64,000 nt of DNA, taken from Carcharhinus amblyrhynchos (taxonomy: Eukaryota). Positions 60,541-64,000 of the stretch are shown here, piece after piece (the first letter of the stretch is position 1; every line of letters begins with the position of its first letter). The notes under the pieces were generated by a model. That model was not told where the DNA came from, did not search any database, and saw nothing but the letters and a program-made list of their open reading frames with translations. The stretch is from contig OZ336871.1 of NCBI GenBank assembly GCA_965287045.1, positions 36,084,001-36,148,000 on the forward strand. Reading direction: 5' to 3'. A program made the position numbers and the translations under genes.

Positions 60541-60889
60541 TGGCCTGGAGTTTATAAGACGCCATTGGAGTCACACATGTCAGTGAGGACAGTGTGCTAA
60601 TATGTTATGGCCGAAGCACTTTTAGATTCTGACATTGGAAAATGTAATGGATGAAATGATCTGTGGCTGGACATGAAAGATCTATACGTGGGATTATGAT
60701 GCCAGTCCTGCTCATTTCAATTACTGACCTGCTATAGCTGTGAAAACATTGACATCTACATGGCTGAGCATGGTGGATCTTTGTAAGAATGTCAGCTGTG
60801 GGGATACTCTGGACACATTTACAATAAACTTCAACCTTTAAAGTTTCCTATGGAAGGCCCTTAATGTATCATACATGTAAATATACATG

Positions 60890-61250
60890 CATACATACAA
60901 ATTAAGAGCAGGAATAGGCCATTCAGCCTTCTCCATCATTCAATAAGAACACGGCTGATCTGCTTGTAACTTCAACCCCATGTTGCTGCCTTCCTTCAAT
61001 AACCTTACACCCTTTTGTTAATCAAGAATCTATCTAGCTTTGCATTAAAAATATTCAAAAATTCTGTTTCCACTGCCTTTCGAGGAAGGGAGTTCCAGAG
61101 ACCCAAGACCCTCCAAAAAAAAAATTCATCTCTGGTCTGCCTCAAATGAGAAACACATTATTTAAAAAAGTGAAACATATTTCTACATTCTTTAACAAGA
61201 GGAAACATCATCTCAACATTCACCGAATAAATACCCCTCAGGACCTTAAA
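60890..61250 (-). mobile_element. CR1 3' end
   Basis: gagcaggaataggccattcagcc...aagaatctatctagc...gagttccagag. Confidence 0.7.
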
Positions 61251-61769
61251 GGCCTCGATTATCTCTTAACCAGTTGGCCAACATTGAAAAGTTATACTCA
61301 CCTGACGTGCTGGAGTGCCTTCCCACACAGCCTTGTGACTCCTTCACGACTTCCTTCCTATCACAGTGAGTGACTTCCGGTGCCATTTATACAGGAGCAG
61401 CATTGTGAAAATTCCCCCTCCTAAATCAGATCCATTTCTGTCTCCAAAATCTTTCCAGGTCTGATTTTGGCCTGCAGTCACCTCCTAGCAATGAAAATCA
61501 TGCCTCCAGAGCCATTTTACCCCAGGAGAAGGGGTACAAAGCTGGGAATTTTCCCAACTCCCGTAAACTGCCTTGAGGATGAAAATTCAGCTGAAAATGT
61601 TCTACCAGAAGCTGAAGTGGAAATAAATCCCATCATAGATTTTATAAGGAAAATGGATAAAGGTTTGATATGTTTTTTTAAGAAGAAGGTGGGCAATTAA
61701 CACATTCAAATGAACTACTTCCCTCCATTATTTTAGAAGAGGAATTGAAATATGGATTTTTAATTCTTA

Positions 61770-62990
61770 TTCATTCAAGGGATGTGGACATCACTAGCTA
61801 GGCCAATGTTCATTGCCCATCCCTAATTGAGCTTGAGAAGGCGGTGGTTTGCTGCCTTCTTCAACTTCTGCAGTCCATGTGGTGTAGGTACACCCACAGT
61901 GCTGTTATGGAGGAAATTCCAGGATTTTGACCAAGTGACAGCAGTCAGGATGGTGAGCAGCTTGAAGGGGAATTTCCAGATAGTGTTCCCATGCATCTGC
62001 TGACTTTGTCCTTCTAGATAGATGGCATGATGCATAGTTTTTAGCACTGCTTCCTCATACCGCCAGGGACTGGGATTGATTCTCAGTCTGTGTGGAGTTT
62101 GCATGTTCTCCCCATATCTGCATGCGTTTCCTCTCAATACTCCAGTTTCCCCCCACAGTCCAAAGGTGTGCAGGTTAGGTGGATTTGCCATGCTAAATTG
62201 CCCCCTTAATGTCCAAAGATGTATAGGTTAGGTGGGTTAGCCATGGTAAATGTGTGAGGTTACGGAGATAGGGTTGGCCTGGGTAAAATGCCCTTACAGA
62301 GAGTCAGTGCAGACTCGACAGGGCAAATGGCCTCCTTCTGCACTATAGGGAGTCTATGGTGCCCAAAGCTGGGCACAAAATTCCAGGTGTGGTGTGACCT
62401 CGTGGTCGTAGGTTTGAAAGGTGCTGTCCAGGGAGCCTTGGGGAGTTCCTACAGTGCATCTTGTAGATGGTACACATGACTGCTGCTACTCATTGGTGGT
62501 GAAGTGGGTGAATGTTTGTGGAAAGGATGCCAATCAAGTAGGTTACGTTGTCCTGGACTCTTCCAGGCAAGGGGAGAGTATTCCATCGAATTCCTGACTT
62601 GTGCCCTGTGGACAGGCTTTGGGGAGTAAGGAGATAAGTTATTCACCATAGGATTCCTAGTCTCTGACCTGCTCCTGCAGCCACATACTGATATGGCTAG
62701 TCTAGTTCAGTTTATTGAGCGATGGTAATGCCATCGAATGTCAATGAGCAATGGCTAGAGCTATTGTACGCCAATGTTGTTGCTGTACTGGAACAGCTTG
62801 GCAAGGGGCATGGCAAGTTCGAGAACACAAATCTTCAGTATTTTTGCCGGAATATTGCCAGGACCTATAGCGTTTGTAGTACTCTGTTCCCTCAGTTATT
62901 TCTTGATATTATGTGGAGTGAATCGATATGGCTAGTTTGGCATTTCTTTTTATGCTTGGGACCTTGGGAGGAAGCCAGAGATGGATCACT
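61770..62990 (-). mobile_element. LINE 3' region (same family as 57880-58170) with a nested SINE
   Basis: AQVRNSMEYSPLAW motif in ORF 62449-62649; SWNFLHNSTVG. Confidence 0.7.
62025..62360 (+). mobile_element. HE1-like V-SINE
   Basis: Degenerate tRNA head, V-domain and cagactcgacagggcaaatggcctccttctgcact tail. Confidence 0.82.
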
Positions 62991-63224
62991 TTTGAAATAT
63001 CTGGCAGGGCAATTCATATTTTAGCACAGTAAGCACGTTCAGCTACTTACTATCCTGGAACGCAATGTTAAGGGAACTTGATTTTAATTTTTAACCAACT
63101 TCAATGCAAACTTCTCCTGAAGAGGTATGCTAGATTCACTCAAAAAGTTAATTTCTTTATATTTTTTGTGAGCAGTTTTTTGAAAGTTCTACATTTATAA
63201 TTGATTGCATAAGCATTCCCAATA

Positions 63225-63470
63225 ATTCGATCCCTGGCTTGGGTTGCTGTCTGTATAGAGTTTGCACATTCTTCTTGTGTCTGCGTGGATTTTCTCCAGT
63301 TTCCTCCCACAGTTGAAAGATGTGCACATTAAGTGGATTGACATACCAAAAATATCAAAGGATTAGAAGGCTAACTATGTGGGATTATGGGGATAAGGTT
63401 TGGGTGGGAACATTGTCAGTGCAGGCTCGATGGACCGAATGGCTTTCTTCTGCACTGTAGCGATTCGATG
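63225..63470 (+). mobile_element. HE1-like V-SINE (5'-truncated)
   Basis: ttcgatccctggcttggg...tgtgtctgcgtggatttt...ttcctcccacag; tail gaatggctttcttctgcactgtag. Confidence 0.8.
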
Positions 63471-63639
63471 AACTCACAGTCTCCTGTCCCCTACAAGGAT
63501 CTATTCTGTGAAGTTTCACTGGGATTTTGACTTTGATGCTGACGACAATAAAAGCTGATCTTGAACTTGCACTGATGAATTAAAATGAAAAGTAAGAAGG
63601 GTGACCTGATAGAAGTCTTTAAGATTACAAGAGGGTTTA

Positions 63640-64000
63640 GAGTCATAGAGTCATAGAGATTTACAGCATGGAAACAGGCCCTTTGGCCCAACTTGTTCAT
63701 GCTGCCCTTTTTTTTAAAACCCCTAAGCTCATCCCAATTGCCCACATTTGGCCCATATTCCTGTATAGCCATTGTACCCATGTAACTATCTAAATGCTTT
63801 TTAAAAGATAAAATTGTACCCGCCTCTACTACTACCTCTGGCAGCTTGTTCCAGACACTCACCACCCTTTGTGTGAAAAAATTGCCCCTCTGGACACTTT
63901 TGTATCTCTCCCCTCTCACCTTAAACCTATGCCCTCTTGTTTTAGACTCCCCTTCCTTTGGGAAAAGATATTGACTTGTCTTATGCCCCTCATTATTTTA
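63640..64000 (-). mobile_element. CR1 3' end, runs off the window
   Basis: ORF 63491-63919 RGNFFTQRVVSVWNKLP...FKKHLDSYM; (agtcatag)n tail. Confidence 0.9.

Noticed and set aside
63050-63116. Minus-strand exon with a gtaagt donor
   Set aside because: All three frames contain stops and there is no other support.

Overview
This is repeat-dominated vertebrate DNA, almost certainly from an elasmobranch (shark or ray): it carries about 11 HE1-type V-SINEs, Deu-domain SINEs and many CR1 LINEs. I cannot confidently recognise any host protein-coding gene, RNA gene or CRISPR array, so the window is intronic or intergenic. Most long ORFs are transposon-derived: two young CR1 RT ORFs (2888-3670, 38737-40497), Rex1/Babar LINEs, Penelope-like elements (GIY-YIG plus degenerate hammerhead motifs), two Gypsy LTR remnants and decayed PIF/Harbinger elements (transposase plus Myb/SANT partner). 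The most notable items are: (i) a truncated endogenous retrovirus with a complete 3' LTR, PPT and an unusual env that looks snakehead-retrovirus/Ovex1-like (54184-56510); (ii) four related, divergently oriented branch-point/splice-acceptor-like units at 21451-22355; (iii) ultra-short Penelope-derived inserts with 12-bp flanking duplications, one a perfect 44-bp hairpin; (iv) Rex1 copies with inverted duplicated 3' ends; (v) a ~2.2-kb strand-asymmetric G-rich satellite; (vi) scattered minus-strand exon candidates. Family names come from motif recall, not database searches, and boundaries of old repeats are approximate.
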